Positions 48,901-56,677 of a stretch of DNA of 64,000 nucleotides are shown piece after piece. The stretch comes from a virus. Taxonomy: Duplodnaviria > Caudoviricetes. Position 1 is the first letter of the stretch, and every line of letters starts with the position of its first letter. The stretch spans positions 48,784 through 112,783 of the IMG/VR virus record IMGVR_UViG_3300037067_023527; one strand, written 5' to 3'. Made by a program: the position numbers and the translations under genes. Under the pieces are notes generated by a model. The model made no database searches. It worked only from the letters and a program-made list of their open reading frames with translations, and was not told the origin of the DNA.

Positions 48901-51900
48901 TGAAGGCAGCTCAGGATATTGCCACCGCTGCGCACGAAGTAGGTCACGCAATAAATAAATTGCTGTGGGGCGCCACCGGGCCAAATTCCTTGAACTGGAC
49001 TCCGTTTACTACTTTCCGGTCAGAGTTGGAAGCGATCGCCACCAAACCCCGCGGCAATCAATCTAAACTCCCGGAGGGATTTGCGGAATACATCCGTCTT
49101 TGGGTTACCGATCCAGCCGCCGCGGTGAATGCCGCGCCGAGATTTAACGCCTTCTTTGAATCGGAATTGAGCAGAATGCCGGCTCTTCGCGAAGTTTTGG
49201 AGACTGCCAGAAACGATTTCGCCCGCTGGCAGAATCAAAAGGGATCGGCCATGATCTTGTCCAATATTTCCACGGAAAGCCCAGTTTACAATCAGATGGA
49301 TTGGTTCAGCCGATTTTATACAGGAATGGTTGACAGGTTACATCCTCTGCAGATGGCCGTAAAAGCCATCATGAAAGGCAAACCGCTCTCAACAGAAGAT
49401 GATCCTTTCCAGCTTGCCCAAGCCTTGCAGGGATGGGTCGCCAAAGCAGATCATTTCCTTAATCGTGGCTCCGTTGGCATAAAGCTTGATACAGTTCTGG
49501 GTCCGGGACTGCGGCAGATACTGGAACCCGTAAAAGAGCGATTGGATGATTTGAGAATCACTGCTATCGCCCTGAGGGCCCTGGAAAAAGGCGGCATACA
49601 GGGAATAGAACTTGGAATCAGCGTCAATGACGCCCGGGATGCACTGAAAGAACAGGGATTCAATCCCGATGCTCTACAAACCATGTTCATCCCCTCCGTT
49701 GTACCCGGCAAACCGGATATTGAGATGTTTGACCCTAATTCCTTGACTGCCATGACGCCTCAGGCCCAGGAGATCAAGGATTCACTGATGAAGCTATATA
49801 AATACCAGGACGATCTCCTTATTTATTATCTGGACGCCGGCATGATGAGCAAGGAGACTTACGCCAAAGTTAAAACTCTCAACCAGTTTTTTGTTCCTTT
49901 CCATCGACTATATGAACCCGGAGTTGGAGAGGAAGGGGCAAAAAGTACGCCCAGCGGCGGGAAAAATGCCGTAAATCTCTGGATGCCGGTTCGAAAAATG
50001 AAAGGTTCCTGGCGTCCGGTTATTGATCCGCTGGAATCGATCGTTAAAAACACCTATACCCTGATAAATGTCGCCGAGAGGAATTTAGTTGGGCAGTCCC
50101 TGGCGAAGCTGGCAAAAGAAGAAGGCGCCGGGAAGTGGATCGAGGGACCGCTTCCGGCCAAAATGATTCCCAACAGTTTTGCTCTGGAGAGGATTAAGGA
50201 TACCTTGGAGCGCGCTGGCGTGGATATCGATACGGTCGACCTGGATATGCTGGCCACAGTCTTTGTGCCCGATGCGGCGCCGTCAATAAAGGAGAATGTT
50301 GCGACAGTCTTTTTTGACGGCAAGCCTCTTCTTTATCAACTTGAGCCCAATTTATATACGACGGTAGCCGGACTCAATCAGGAAACGGTCGACCCAATTA
50401 TTCGAATAGCCTCTGTCCCGGCGTCTATCCTCCGCGCCGGCGCTACTGGGTACAATCCCGAATTCGCTTCCCGCAATATCGGACGTGACAGCATGACCGC
50501 ATGGTTGCAAACCGAAATTGGATTCATTCCGGGTTGGGATACGGCCGCCGGATTGGCTCACGTTGTAAAAAAGGATGCCCAGTATTTGGAATGGCTGCGA
50601 TCTGGAGGACCTCATGCCGCTATGGTTTCCATGGATCGCGAAGAGGTTCGAAAAACTCTGCAAGACCTTCTGCATTCTCCCATGGCCTATGTCCTGCATC
50701 ATCCTCTGGATTCACTGAGGATTTTGAGTGAAGTTTCCGAGTCAATGACCAGGATGGGGGTTTATGCGAAGGCGCGCAAGCATGGGCAGACGATTCGCCA
50801 AGCCGGTCTGACCTCGAGAGAAGCCACTTTGGATTTCCAGCGCATCGGTTTGTGGCTAAAGGGCTACAATCTGATAACGCCATTCCTGAATGCATCGATC
50901 CAGGATGTCGACAAATTTGTCCGCGTCCACAAAAGCAACCCTAAGAAGGCATTATTGAAGGGCAGTACGCTCGCTCTGATTTCTTTAATTTTCTACTATT
51001 TGAATAAGGATGACGATCGATACAAAGAATTGCCATGGTGGCAACGAGACCTTTTCTGGATGATTCCGACAAAGGGGATCACCGGATTAAGCGAACTGAC
51101 TCCCTGGATCCCAATCCCCAAACCATTTATTTGGGGCATGGCCTACGGAACTGTGACGGAGCGCCTTGCGGAATATCTAGACAAAGGCGATTCTCATGCT
51201 TTTGATGATTTAATGAAGAATCTTGCCGAGAATGTTCTCCCAGGAGTCATCCCGACAGTGGTAAAAACTCCGATCGAGCTGGCGTTTAATATTGATATGT
51301 GGAGAGGCCGGAATATTGAAAGCCGCACCCAGCAACAGAAGTACGCCCCGGAATATCGAGCCAATTGGTACACGGGAGCCTTCTCCATTCAAATGGCTCA
51401 GCTTTTGGCAAAGACCGGCATCCATATAAGCCCGTTAAAAATTGAGCATGCGATATTCTCCACTACGGGGGGCACCGGACGTTTTGTGACGAAAACAGTT
51501 CTCGATCCGATCGCCCAGGCTATTGCTCCATCAAAAACAAAGATGCCGTCGCAAAAGCTGGTGGATGTTCCGATTTTCCGCGTAATTGCAGTCAGATATC
51601 CACATGCGAATCTGAAGAGCATTACCATGGTCGAAGACATGTGGAAAAACATTCAGAGTCGCTATACCAGCCGGCTTAATGCTTTGAAAGAATATAATCG
51701 CTTCGATGTGCCGCCGTTGACACCAGAAGAATTAAAACAGCATGGTATTCTTAAGGCGGCGACCGAGGAAGTTGAGACGATCAATCGGGAAATCAATGGG
51801 ATTATGATCAGTCCCACATTATCAGAGGAGGAAAAAAGAAAAGGGATCGAGCACAGATATTTTGAAATGCTGAATACGTGTCAAAAAGCTTTAAAGATGA

Positions 51901-51980
51901 TTGGAGTGAGAACGACAGAACCAATTCCAGTCCCCGTAGAGTTGCCGAGAGAATTTTCTAATCCACCAGAAATAGAATAA
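39969..51980 (+). CDS. giant polyvalent (DarB-like) virion protein: adenine MTase, Strawberry-notch-type SF2 helicase, HExxH peptidase-like motif, probable LPD38-like C-terminus
   Basis: FSTP 44052, ETSAGTG 44124, NPPF 44313; GDGTGMGKG 45372, DEAH 45705, QGLGRTHRSNQ 46896; HEVGH 48933, EGFAE 49074. Confidence 0.88.
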   Translation: MSDSSMATNPAIAPQDDPWEKIKAKDVYLNPEFYKLDRDTRAYITSKVVPDWQKWDEPTRNATIDAPLTYWQEYYKPAPPPEEPSFFSKAAGAVKNVLNEFALSQGEAAKERSLAALPQDFGQPPDIDEEIKKQKEARKPKAKFDPEGSGYDYEAARSAGLNMDETGHWPSRDPKTGLILKGRAHETWSKTEEGERQAGYQIYKKNGRYYSKPINIPAYNDQIIAEQAEKLNDELGEISFNLKERGKEIDSLLPTVDRANPQSVEYFNTKVNEYNGLITQAKERKSKLDPLLATGYKLKRSVWGASVNIPGGVPVIDRRTETEKLPLETAAPKTKTGLKPGETAEISEDVIAPDLANYQAMPDGTFIDRRPNSQGKHDTVKLIGGQPYRVIEPPEKTAEERVMQINIDRITNGQAPLPIPTSRFGNAVMSTMKGFAEGLPANFKSIAAMGHLAQYAMNPQIDTIAATGIAPEPPRLEDSWLWQAAQAIQDKIDAGLPVNPAFQNEFWASMVPQGLGSTAYFMTVGALSSRLGINPLLSTAGGGALVQMGPMYEEAYLSGAPPLELFATALAGIGLGASEAIPINKALKRFDDVTGGFASRFIKNRMRKALEGGIQGFAEEFLQEFSQNIGQDWVSSATTRRGIPTDLDKTYGLPQNLNRPPAKEMNIKEDFMQGLAGGVSGAAMSALMATLGVSNFRNRIRQAYKQSVDNLQMEMRDQRVPEEEVRLRIGLLRAQEKQLIRRLERQADELDKKADNKVKEWEKLTGTKAVMVLDPESGSVISINNKADYDRAKESQENEAPPAPPAAAAPVVPEEAAPPAPPAVTPETPAMTEEQIQQQVSTGEEKIRQEAKRVADQKTDEAFAAAREKWNKLKGEMGQLFEGAAPAVQPAQKEGPAGMETPPLSPEQEAFHGWLNTVSPSEKAESVGQYQDWVKETLPEELRPYAPSYLRAQAHFAEGLIGTEGMAEWAAKEAQRIQVEAAKPIDAESLLQKMPPENLEALVQNGTTDEDLKAIIGKAFGMRGGWGNEDEALPIVRYSGGPHPFFNIKKPHTKEEVKLTGKNLVEAYRKTFGIPQVQTPAVAETTVTPEATPVKPNGTEDDGTSPFGFGVQKIAGKMQLALSKEQIESLKKMPVERATQIVQNRIDRAIELGSNYQEKLSDILQSLAPPEITPAQVPFMITKLDRQSLLDLGWTNKQIDGMTPADAQTYLAQNQGPEAATPAQKEVVPEEFGQAPEAPGPLTETPVVEPVATPPAEASDVRLARRIAEHLKLGAGIDKNVFFTFADEEYGGTRAEGKYGPSEAYDALELGINLYIQGMDDSGWLNADLETAHKTIGMLQDLQADIVSQTNRSGNKELLQQFSTPPAYAYAISWIANVQPGDIVAETSAGTGDIALQAQKMGGEVHANEIDPRRAALLEQIIPNVTQYDAEQIGNILRNKLKPTVVVINPPFSHAGTRMGGKKVIGIDRNHIDAALSLLQTAGRLVAIIGAPLQGGETLGMSEWLEKTRSKYNIRANVQVGRDVYKGYGTTFPTRVLVIDKTGSTPEGSTITSNVENLSQLIDNLEGVRNERKPAPKPSIQGEPVAAGATDVQVPGTAPGGGPGPIRTVPVTTGPVDVGEPSGQPAVAGAQEQGISPEPGGRNVGLGPQPGAGATPAAGAGGIVGGERETGGKEPAKQEPGAGRGNISGEPSVQPGERAAESVGTEPRAVAPQRKLDENVIFDPYTPTNVTLKGAQKHPASVVESSTMAAVNFPNTNYVPDIPESLIATGALSDIQLEFIASAGDNHSRLMPDGSRYGILLGDGTGMGKGRQLAGVILDNWRRGRRKAIWISKNKKLFDETVRDWRDLGQNDKQVYNISKFGGDAEIDIDEGILYSTYDTLRSSSRNGKSRLQQLSDWLNKGDKEFDGVIVFDEAHLMGSLSSERSVAARALQNTFPKARIVYASATAATEIESLIFGQRLGLWGPGTPFPTVEEFAAQIGSSGVSAMEATALSLKAMGRYMARSISFDDGTDEGRVEYERLEHKLTGDQTLMYDRMAEAWQSVIGRIESVLKETKAPGQARGRARANFWSAHQRFFNMMLTSMQMPAVLERIEHDLASGNSVVLQLTNTGEADQERAVANRDPEEDLDDFAIDPFDTLVNLVSDHFPTQAYEDYIGADGKVRTRAAYTGGYLDGVPQGEPIQDAAAVAAKEALLDDLNSMSALMPESPLDMIVNTFGSDRVAEVTGRKRRFTWETQPDGSRKRVEQRRTKELSNKAEINAFQNDKKQILVFSEAGGTGASYHADRRAVNQRKRVHYLVQAGWRADNAIQGLGRTHRSNQRQAPEYVLVHTDLSGQKRFISTIARRLAQLGALTKGQRQASGGGVFTAADNLESQESTDALRQFFIALRNGDVPDITIDDFEAQTGLQLRNEQTRNLLPPEQLPGVTQFLNRLLSMTVSNQNRTFEAFDEFLKEIVNAKTAAGTLDQGVETIKGSNIVKLQDRSVYRHETGAEARYVLVETDMPVKKTTWEKARGYPAVGFVQNNKTGYVWQVEESSVTDTDKQGQVHRIYRLRGPAGMQYVRVESVEGGNYTRMDEEEAKKDWEFQYNAAAAVKKVRHHMISGAVLPIWDRLPTTHNKILRAQTVDGEILIGIDIPPTHIDETLGKLGAEASGSDVDRILQQILDGAAKAQLTNGWTIQRAQVQGEKRIEILGPTATHQGQLEKAGVIVERVGFKYRYFIPTGDSMRTVWDAVTKNRPIAKVDEFAGTAPTPDADLSPVLGRAGGPTELTIGRAETPESIPQAIEAADYWLRQAQDSIDRIVSGEGTLEDQVIVHQNPIIAKHLLNWIKSPNPASWLKERPQVDLAGREVRDYIISGTGYNEEQATAEALHYAPFVEQMLQDLSLQKEGIAVPPEELYMEMAAPPQTTSVPPILPAPPTTSAGATYGPPPIVNPNELISKNDIIMELSRKLKMPIRYGRFRSKALGIFKVDKEVIRLKAAQDIATAAHEVGHAINKLLWGATGPNSLNWTPFTTFRSELEAIATKPRGNQSKLPEGFAEYIRLWVTDPAAAVNAAPRFNAFFESELSRMPALREVLETARNDFARWQNQKGSAMILSNISTESPVYNQMDWFSRFYTGMVDRLHPLQMAVKAIMKGKPLSTEDDPFQLAQALQGWVAKADHFLNRGSVGIKLDTVLGPGLRQILEPVKERLDDLRITAIALRALEKGGIQGIELGISVNDARDALKEQGFNPDALQTMFIPSVVPGKPDIEMFDPNSLTAMTPQAQEIKDSLMKLYKYQDDLLIYYLDAGMMSKETYAKVKTLNQFFVPFHRLYEPGVGEEGAKSTPSGGKNAVNLWMPVRKMKGSWRPVIDPLESIVKNTYTLINVAERNLVGQSLAKLAKEEGAGKWIEGPLPAKMIPNSFALERIKDTLERAGVDIDTVDLDMLATVFVPDAAPSIKENVATVFFDGKPLLYQLEPNLYTTVAGLNQETVDPIIRIASVPASILRAGATGYNPEFASRNIGRDSMTAWLQTEIGFIPGWDTAAGLAHVVKKDAQYLEWLRSGGPHAAMVSMDREEVRKTLQDLLHSPMAYVLHHPLDSLRILSEVSESMTRMGVYAKARKHGQTIRQAGLTSREATLDFQRIGLWLKGYNLITPFLNASIQDVDKFVRVHKSNPKKALLKGSTLALISLIFYYLNKDDDRYKELPWWQRDLFWMIPTKGITGLSELTPWIPIPKPFIWGMAYGTVTERLAEYLDKGDSHAFDDLMKNLAENVLPGVIPTVVKTPIELAFNIDMWRGRNIESRTQQQKYAPEYRANWYTGAFSIQMAQLLAKTGIHISPLKIEHAIFSTTGGTGRFVTKTVLDPIAQAIAPSKTKMPSQKLVDVPIFRVIAVRYPHANLKSITMVEDMWKNIQSRYTSRLNALKEYNRFDVPPLTPEELKQHGILKAATEEVETINREINGIMISPTLSEEEKRKGIEHRYFEMLNTCQKALKMIGVRTTEPIPVPVELPREFSNPPEIE

Positions 51981-51993
51981 CGAGAGGTTTGTA

Positions 51994-52509
51994 ATGGAAG
52001 AAGAAGTCTTTACATTTCCCGAACAATATATCGGAAATCCCCAGGAACAGATAATTTCACGGTTGGCTGCACTGCAGGAAGGTCATAAGTACGTTATTTT
52101 GCGTGTGAATAAGATCAATGGATCGATCAAGGAACTTTACAACAGGACAGAAAACAACGAGAAGAACTTGATTCGGCATGAAGGAGAATGTGTTCTCAGG
52201 GGTAAAGTGGAAGATATTACTAATTTGTTAAGCACCACAAAGAACGATTCCCAGAAAATTGCCGATCTAAATGGGGAAATCTCGGGCCTGAACCAAAAGG
52301 TTGTAGGTCTAAATACTACGATCGCAGAGCAACTCGCCGAGAAGAAAGAGGCGACCCGATGGAAGCATATGCTTCAGCCTATTATCTTGGGATTTGGGAC
52401 CGCGATTCTAACAACAATACTCACTCTTGTGCTGCTTCATTCCAGTAGTTTCGTTAAAACTGAACCAACTCCGCTGCCGCCGCCGGCCGCGACAGGAGTG
52501 AAGCCGTGA
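51994..52509 (+). CDS. coiled-coil protein with C-terminal TM helix (holin-like, putative)
   Basis: IILGFGTAILTTILTLVLL; start of lysis region. Confidence 0.55.
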   Translation: MEEEVFTFPEQYIGNPQEQIISRLAALQEGHKYVILRVNKINGSIKELYNRTENNEKNLIRHEGECVLRGKVEDITNLLSTTKNDSQKIADLNGEISGLNQKVVGLNTTIAEQLAEKKEATRWKHMLQPIILGFGTAILTTILTLVLLHSSSFVKTEPTPLPPPAATGVKP

Positions 52510-52512
52510 TTA

Positions 52513-53136
52513 TTATTTCTTTTTCGATATCAGTTGAAGGAGGGCTTCGTGAGGATCTTGGCCATGATAGACGCGGGAATAAAGCGTAGGGTACGGAATC
52601 GAGAATTCCCTTGCAGCTTGAGCCAGGGTCATAACGCGTCCATGCATCTCAACAAGGATGTTGGATCTTGCATTGTTGGCCTGTTCGGAGTCGCTGGCCC
52701 AGCGGCAATTATCCGGTTCATAGCTGCCATTTACGTCTTTGCGATCAAGCGTCATCCCAATAGGGCATGGACCCATGGCAGAGAAAAATTTCTCAAAACT
52801 TTCTCTCCATTCGGCACACATGGTAATACCTCGGCCTCCATAATCGGAGAAACTCTTATCGGAAGGATCAAAGCAACGACGCTTAGCATGATGCCAACTT
52901 TGATATTCTCTCGAATTAGAAAGACCATGAGTAGTATTGCGGCTGGCAAGTTTTTCAGAATGGAGGCACCCGCAACTCGTCGACGTTCCGGACCTGAGAC
53001 TATCCTTGCTGATTGCTTTTTCTGTCCCACAGTCGCAACGACAAAGCCAATAGGGATTTCCATATCGGTTGCCTACTCTCTTTATCACAGTCAATCTTCC
53101 GTAACGATTTCCGGTTATATCAATAAGTTTTACCAT
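52513..53136 (-). CDS. HNH-type homing endonuclease
   Basis: DITGNRYGRLTV, WLCRCDCG, SCGC, YGGRGI, TLDRKDVNGSYEPDNCRWA. Confidence 0.88.
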   Translation of the reverse strand: MVKLIDITGNRYGRLTVIKRVGNRYGNPYWLCRCDCGTEKAISKDSLRSGTSTSCGCLHSEKLASRNTTHGLSNSREYQSWHHAKRRCFDPSDKSFSDYGGRGITMCAEWRESFEKFFSAMGPCPIGMTLDRKDVNGSYEPDNCRWASDSEQANNARSNILVEMHGRVMTLAQAAREFSIPYPTLYSRVYHGQDPHEALLQLISKKK

Positions 53137-53164
53137 AGGACAATAATAGCATGGAGCCAATGTT

Positions 53165-53662
53165 ATGCCAAATAGAAGTTTAGATGTTCTGTATCCTCCA
53201 TTCAGGGGTCAGGTGGAAATTCTTCTCGGAAAACTCGCGGAGGCCAAACTACCGTTCTTCCCGTTTATGACATTGCGCACATGGGAAGAACAAGATGCTT
53301 TATATGCTCAGGGGCGCACTACTACTGGGAAGATCGTTACCAACGCGCCGGGCGGTATGTCTTGGCACTGCTATGGGTTGGCACTAGACCTCGTTCTCGA
53401 TGGCATGCCAGAAAAGCCAGGCCTGCAATGGTCATGGGAAACCAAGCATGCGGACTTCAATAAGGACGGGCGCAATGACTGGCTGCAGATGGCTGAGATC
53501 GCCGTTTCCTGCGGTTTAGAGTCTGGATATTTCTGGAAAAAGTTCCCAGATCTTCCTCATGTTGAGAATCGATATGGCCTCAAGATCACTGAGGCCCGAG
53601 AGATTTATCGTCAAAACGATGGCGATATAAAGGCCGTCTGGGCTGAATGCAAGGCGGCATAG
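53165..53662 (+). CDS. endolysin, M15 family peptidase
   Basis: RTWEEQDALYAQGRT, VTNA, SWHCYGLALD, DLPHVE. Confidence 0.92.
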   Translation: MPNRSLDVLYPPFRGQVEILLGKLAEAKLPFFPFMTLRTWEEQDALYAQGRTTTGKIVTNAPGGMSWHCYGLALDLVLDGMPEKPGLQWSWETKHADFNKDGRNDWLQMAEIAVSCGLESGYFWKKFPDLPHVENRYGLKITEAREIYRQNDGDIKAVWAECKAA

Positions 53663-53672
53663 AGAGGCTGGT

Positions 53673-53936
53673 ATGGCTTTAGAAAAATTGCTTAGCGACA
53701 GGAGAAGGCTTCTTTTTATCATGTCCCTCTGCTTGACAATAGGAACATGGGCTATGGCCCTGGGAGACTGGAGCCGCGCTCTCACAACTGGAGGTATCGG
53801 AGCCCTCTTTATAGGGCTTGCTAATAACGTATTCGCCAATATGATTAAAAATGTGGGTTTAATGGGACGCGGGGTTACAAATGAATCTGACCCAGCTACT
53901 CAAAATCCTCCTAACCCACCGGATAAAGATGACTAA
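53673..53936 (+). CDS. holin (putative, 2 TM)
   Basis: Two hydrophobic helices, follows endolysin. Confidence 0.6.
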   Translation: MALEKLLSDRRRLLFIMSLCLTIGTWAMALGDWSRALTTGGIGALFIGLANNVFANMIKNVGLMGRGVTNESDPATQNPPNPPDKDD

Positions 53937-54001
53937 AAGTCTTACTTGTGATAGAGTCTGTAAATGAAGATTGCCAATCGAGAATCTGTAAAGGAGAAAT
54001 T

Positions 54002-54454
54002 ATGAAAAGGAATATTTCTGTTTTGTTTGTGATTTTGGCTATGAGTTTATGCATGACGGCCTGCAGCGACAACGACCTTGGCAAGGTGGCGAAATCCATG
54101 AGGATTTACGCTACCACCCTCACTGAGGTCCAAAAGAATATTATAGCTGCCCAGCAAGTCAATCTTCTTTCGGTGGAAAACGCGCGCAAGGCGTTAGATG
54201 TATGCGAACGGGCGAATGTCGCCGGCCAGCAGGTAAATGACGTGCTTGCTGCCATACAAAAACTAGATCCTGCGAGCCGCAATAAAATACTTAATCTTTT
54301 GAGTCCGATAAGCGATGCCCTTGATCCACAAAAGATAGAATTTGTGGCGGGAATCAAAGATCCGGCCGTGAAACAGAAGATTGAGGGCGGTTTCATTTTG
54401 CTGCGGTCGACAATATCATCCATCATGATTGTGGTTGAGGTTTCAGCGGGGTAA
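54002..54454 (+). CDS. lipoprotein
   Basis: AAGGAG RBS; signal peptide ending MTA-C. Confidence 0.75.
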   Translation: MKRNISVLFVILAMSLCMTACSDNDLGKVAKSMRIYATTLTEVQKNIIAAQQVNLLSVENARKALDVCERANVAGQQVNDVLAAIQKLDPASRNKILNLLSPISDALDPQKIEFVAGIKDPAVKQKIEGGFILLRSTISSIMIVVEVSAG

Positions 54455-54458
54455 TCCA

Positions 54459-54671
54459 ATGGCAGAACCGACAATTAAAAAGATACAAACGACCCTCGAC
54501 TTCATCAATCTTGCCAATTCCGCTATTCCAGGAGTGCTGAAGATTATCAACATGCTCCGCGATGCGGACCCGGGCATGACTGTTGGTGAGTTTCGCAAAC
54601 AGTCTGATGACGTCCTGGTTTCCAATCTCCAAATGATTCAGGAGTGGAAGAAAGACCACCCTGAATCATAG
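54459..54671 (+). CDS. hypothetical protein
   Basis: Packed after lipoprotein. Confidence 0.55.
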   Translation: MAEPTIKKIQTTLDFINLANSAIPGVLKIINMLRDADPGMTVGEFRKQSDDVLVSNLQMIQEWKKDHPES

Positions 54672-54701
54672 GAATAATCAACGCATTTTAAGGAGGATTT
54701 C

Positions 54702-55115
54702 ATGGTAAAACGATTGCTTTTGGTGGTTTCTCTCTTGCTTCTTGCCTTACCCCTCATGGCGGCAGATGTTACCTTCCAATGGGATTATGGCACCCCAATG
54801 CCTTCAGGGTTTGAAATGACTGTCACCCCCACAACGGGTTCGCCGGTCGTATTTGATTGTGGGCCTGCTCCAGAAAAAACCTGCACAGTACAGGGACTTA
54901 ACGCTGGAAGCTTTACGGCGTATGTGCGGGCATATAATGTCGGAGTGCCAGCTACATTGAAGAATTATAGCGAACAAAGCAATACGGTCTCGTTAACGGT
55001 ACCTGCTAAACCCAATGCTCCAACAAATAATCGTGTATTCGCGGCAATAATGGCTGGGGTCACAGCCATTGGGATTGTGCTTTGGGCTTTGGTGAAAAGG
55101 TTTAAGAAGAAATAG
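54702..55115 (+). CDS. exported FN3-like protein with C-terminal TM anchor
   Basis: Signal peptide LMA-AD, VTFQWD..YVRAYN..SEQSNTV, TM then KRFKKK; AAGGAGG RBS. Confidence 0.72.
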   Translation: MVKRLLLVVSLLLLALPLMAADVTFQWDYGTPMPSGFEMTVTPTTGSPVVFDCGPAPEKTCTVQGLNAGSFTAYVRAYNVGVPATLKNYSEQSNTVSLTVPAKPNAPTNNRVFAAIMAGVTAIGIVLWALVKRFKKK

Positions 55116-55119
55116 CGGC

Positions 55120-55467
55120 ATGTGTCGACGAGGACATCCGCATTCACTAAGAAACAAAGCCGGGGACTGCATGGAATGTCAACGGCTTTCTTCTTTTTAT
55201 AGGCGTCGTGGTACATGGCTTTCGGTAGAAGAAGGCCATATGAGCTACGGGAACCGCATCATCAAACCTGCCCTTAAAGCTGCACTAAAACGAAAACGCT
55301 GGACCCTCAGAACTCTGGCCATCGTTGCAGGAATCAGTGAGGATTTTATGGAGGATCTATCCTGTGGGAGATCCGGGGCCCGAGCCTATGCACAGAACAA
55401 AATCAACAAGGCTCTTGGAATGAAGCCTAAGGATTTATGGCATTTGCCATGGTGGGCAGAAAATTGA
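55120..55467 (+). CDS. XRE-type HTH protein with N-terminal CxxGH/CxxC motif
   Basis: WTLRTLAIVAGISEDFMEDLSCG..INKALG. Confidence 0.7.
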   Translation: MCRRGHPHSLRNKAGDCMECQRLSSFYRRRGTWLSVEEGHMSYGNRIIKPALKAALKRKRWTLRTLAIVAGISEDFMEDLSCGRSGARAYAQNKINKALGMKPKDLWHLPWWAEN

Positions 55468-55476
55468 GAAAGTTAA

Positions 55477-55504
55477 TTGCAAACTGAAATTATTGTGATA
55501 CATT
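55477..55504 (+). promoter_or_regulatory. putative sigma70 promoter
   Basis: TTGCAA-N16-TACATT with extended TG. Confidence 0.45.
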
Positions 55505-55553
55505 CGTTCCATCCATAAATTCCTCCTATAATTGGCGGGAACAGCGAAAAACA

Positions 55554-55598
55554 AGGCTCGGAGGGACCGCAGTATCCTTCCGAGCCTCCCCTTTTTCT
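55554..55598 (+). terminator. intrinsic terminator, possibly bidirectional
   Basis: AGGCTCGGAGGGA / TCCTTCCGAGCCT stem, T-tract after, A-tract before. Confidence 0.75.
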
Positions 55599-55609
55599 GT
55601 AAGAATCTA

Positions 55610-55638
55610 TTGACACCGATAGACTAAAAGTCTATACC
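55610..55638 (+). promoter_or_regulatory. putative sigma70 promoter of recombination operon
   Basis: TTGACA-N17-TATACC just after the terminator. Confidence 0.6.
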
Positions 55639-55669
55639 TATGGAATTCAATATTAACCGAGAGGCATCT

Positions 55670-56677
55670 ATGGAAGAAACGAAATCAACAGCACTTGTTT
55701 TGCGCAATATGTCTGATCTGAACAATGCCCTTGTCTCGAATAAGGACAAGGCTCATGTTTTAACCCCGTTTACGCAATTGATGTTCGAGGAGGATCTGTT
55801 CGCACCCGGATTCCGTCCTTCGCTTCGGACGATTACTTTAGACACGTCAGAAGATGCGGGAGAAGTTTACGAAAGCTGGGAGAAAAAAGGTGAATTCGCG
55901 CTGACCAAGAAAGCCCTGGATAAACTCGCTCAGGTTGCCGGCATTGAATGGGTGCACGTCTACAGGGTAGATAAAGGCACCGATCCGCTCATGGCAAGTT
56001 TTTACGCCGAAGGGAAAATGCGCCTTATAGACGGCACGTTTCATCACATGCCAGCGAGTAAGAGCATAAATCTAAATGACGGCAGCCCAGAAGCCAATGC
56101 AATGAAAGCCAAGCCCAGCCAGCTTGCCGGCGCCCGTAAGAATATCGTTGCCCTGGCCGAATCAAAGGCAAAGAATAGGGTCATCCGCGCACTCCTTGGG
56201 CTCAAACAGAGCTACAAGCCCGCAGAACTCAAAAAACCATTTATGGTGATGAAGATTGTTCCGGATATGAATGATCCAGAAGTCAAGCGGATGGTGCAGG
56301 CTCAAATGCTTGGCATGGAGAAATTCCTGTTCGCGCCCCAGGCCAATCCAGAACAAGAGGCGTTGCCGGTCGGCACGGATGGACTTGAACTCCCTCCCGT
56401 ACCGGGTACAACAAACCAGACTGGCTCCGGCCCAGTTATCGACATCCAGGCTGAAAACGTAAAAACGGAAGCGTCTGGTCCAACACCGGAAGAGCTCCGG
56501 AAGAAGATTGAACGCATCGAGGGACTTTACTATACCAAAACAAAAGATGGCATTCGGGATCCTAAAAAAGATCCGCTTTCAGGTCTGAGCAATGACGCTC
56601 TGGATAAAATCGAAAGCATACTTTCCGAAAAGCCAGACGTCAGGGCGCCTAAACCCAAAGAGGAGGATCTTGTCTAA
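55670..56677 (+). CDS. putative recombination / strand-annealing protein
   Basis: GAGG RBS; adjacent to SbcCD-like pair; AESKAKNRVIRALLGL; function inferred from context. Confidence 0.5.
   Translation: MEETKSTALVLRNMSDLNNALVSNKDKAHVLTPFTQLMFEEDLFAPGFRPSLRTITLDTSEDAGEVYESWEKKGEFALTKKALDKLAQVAGIEWVHVYRVDKGTDPLMASFYAEGKMRLIDGTFHHMPASKSINLNDGSPEANAMKAKPSQLAGARKNIVALAESKAKNRVIRALLGLKQSYKPAELKKPFMVMKIVPDMNDPEVKRMVQAQMLGMEKFLFAPQANPEQEALPVGTDGLELPPVPGTTNQTGSGPVIDIQAENVKTEASGPTPEELRKKIERIEGLYYTKTKDGIRDPKKDPLSGLSNDALDKIESILSEKPDVRAPKPKEEDLV

Noticed and set aside
52534-53175. 213-aa plus-strand ORF in the lysis region
   Set aside because: The minus strand carries clear HNH endonuclease motifs; this is its shadow
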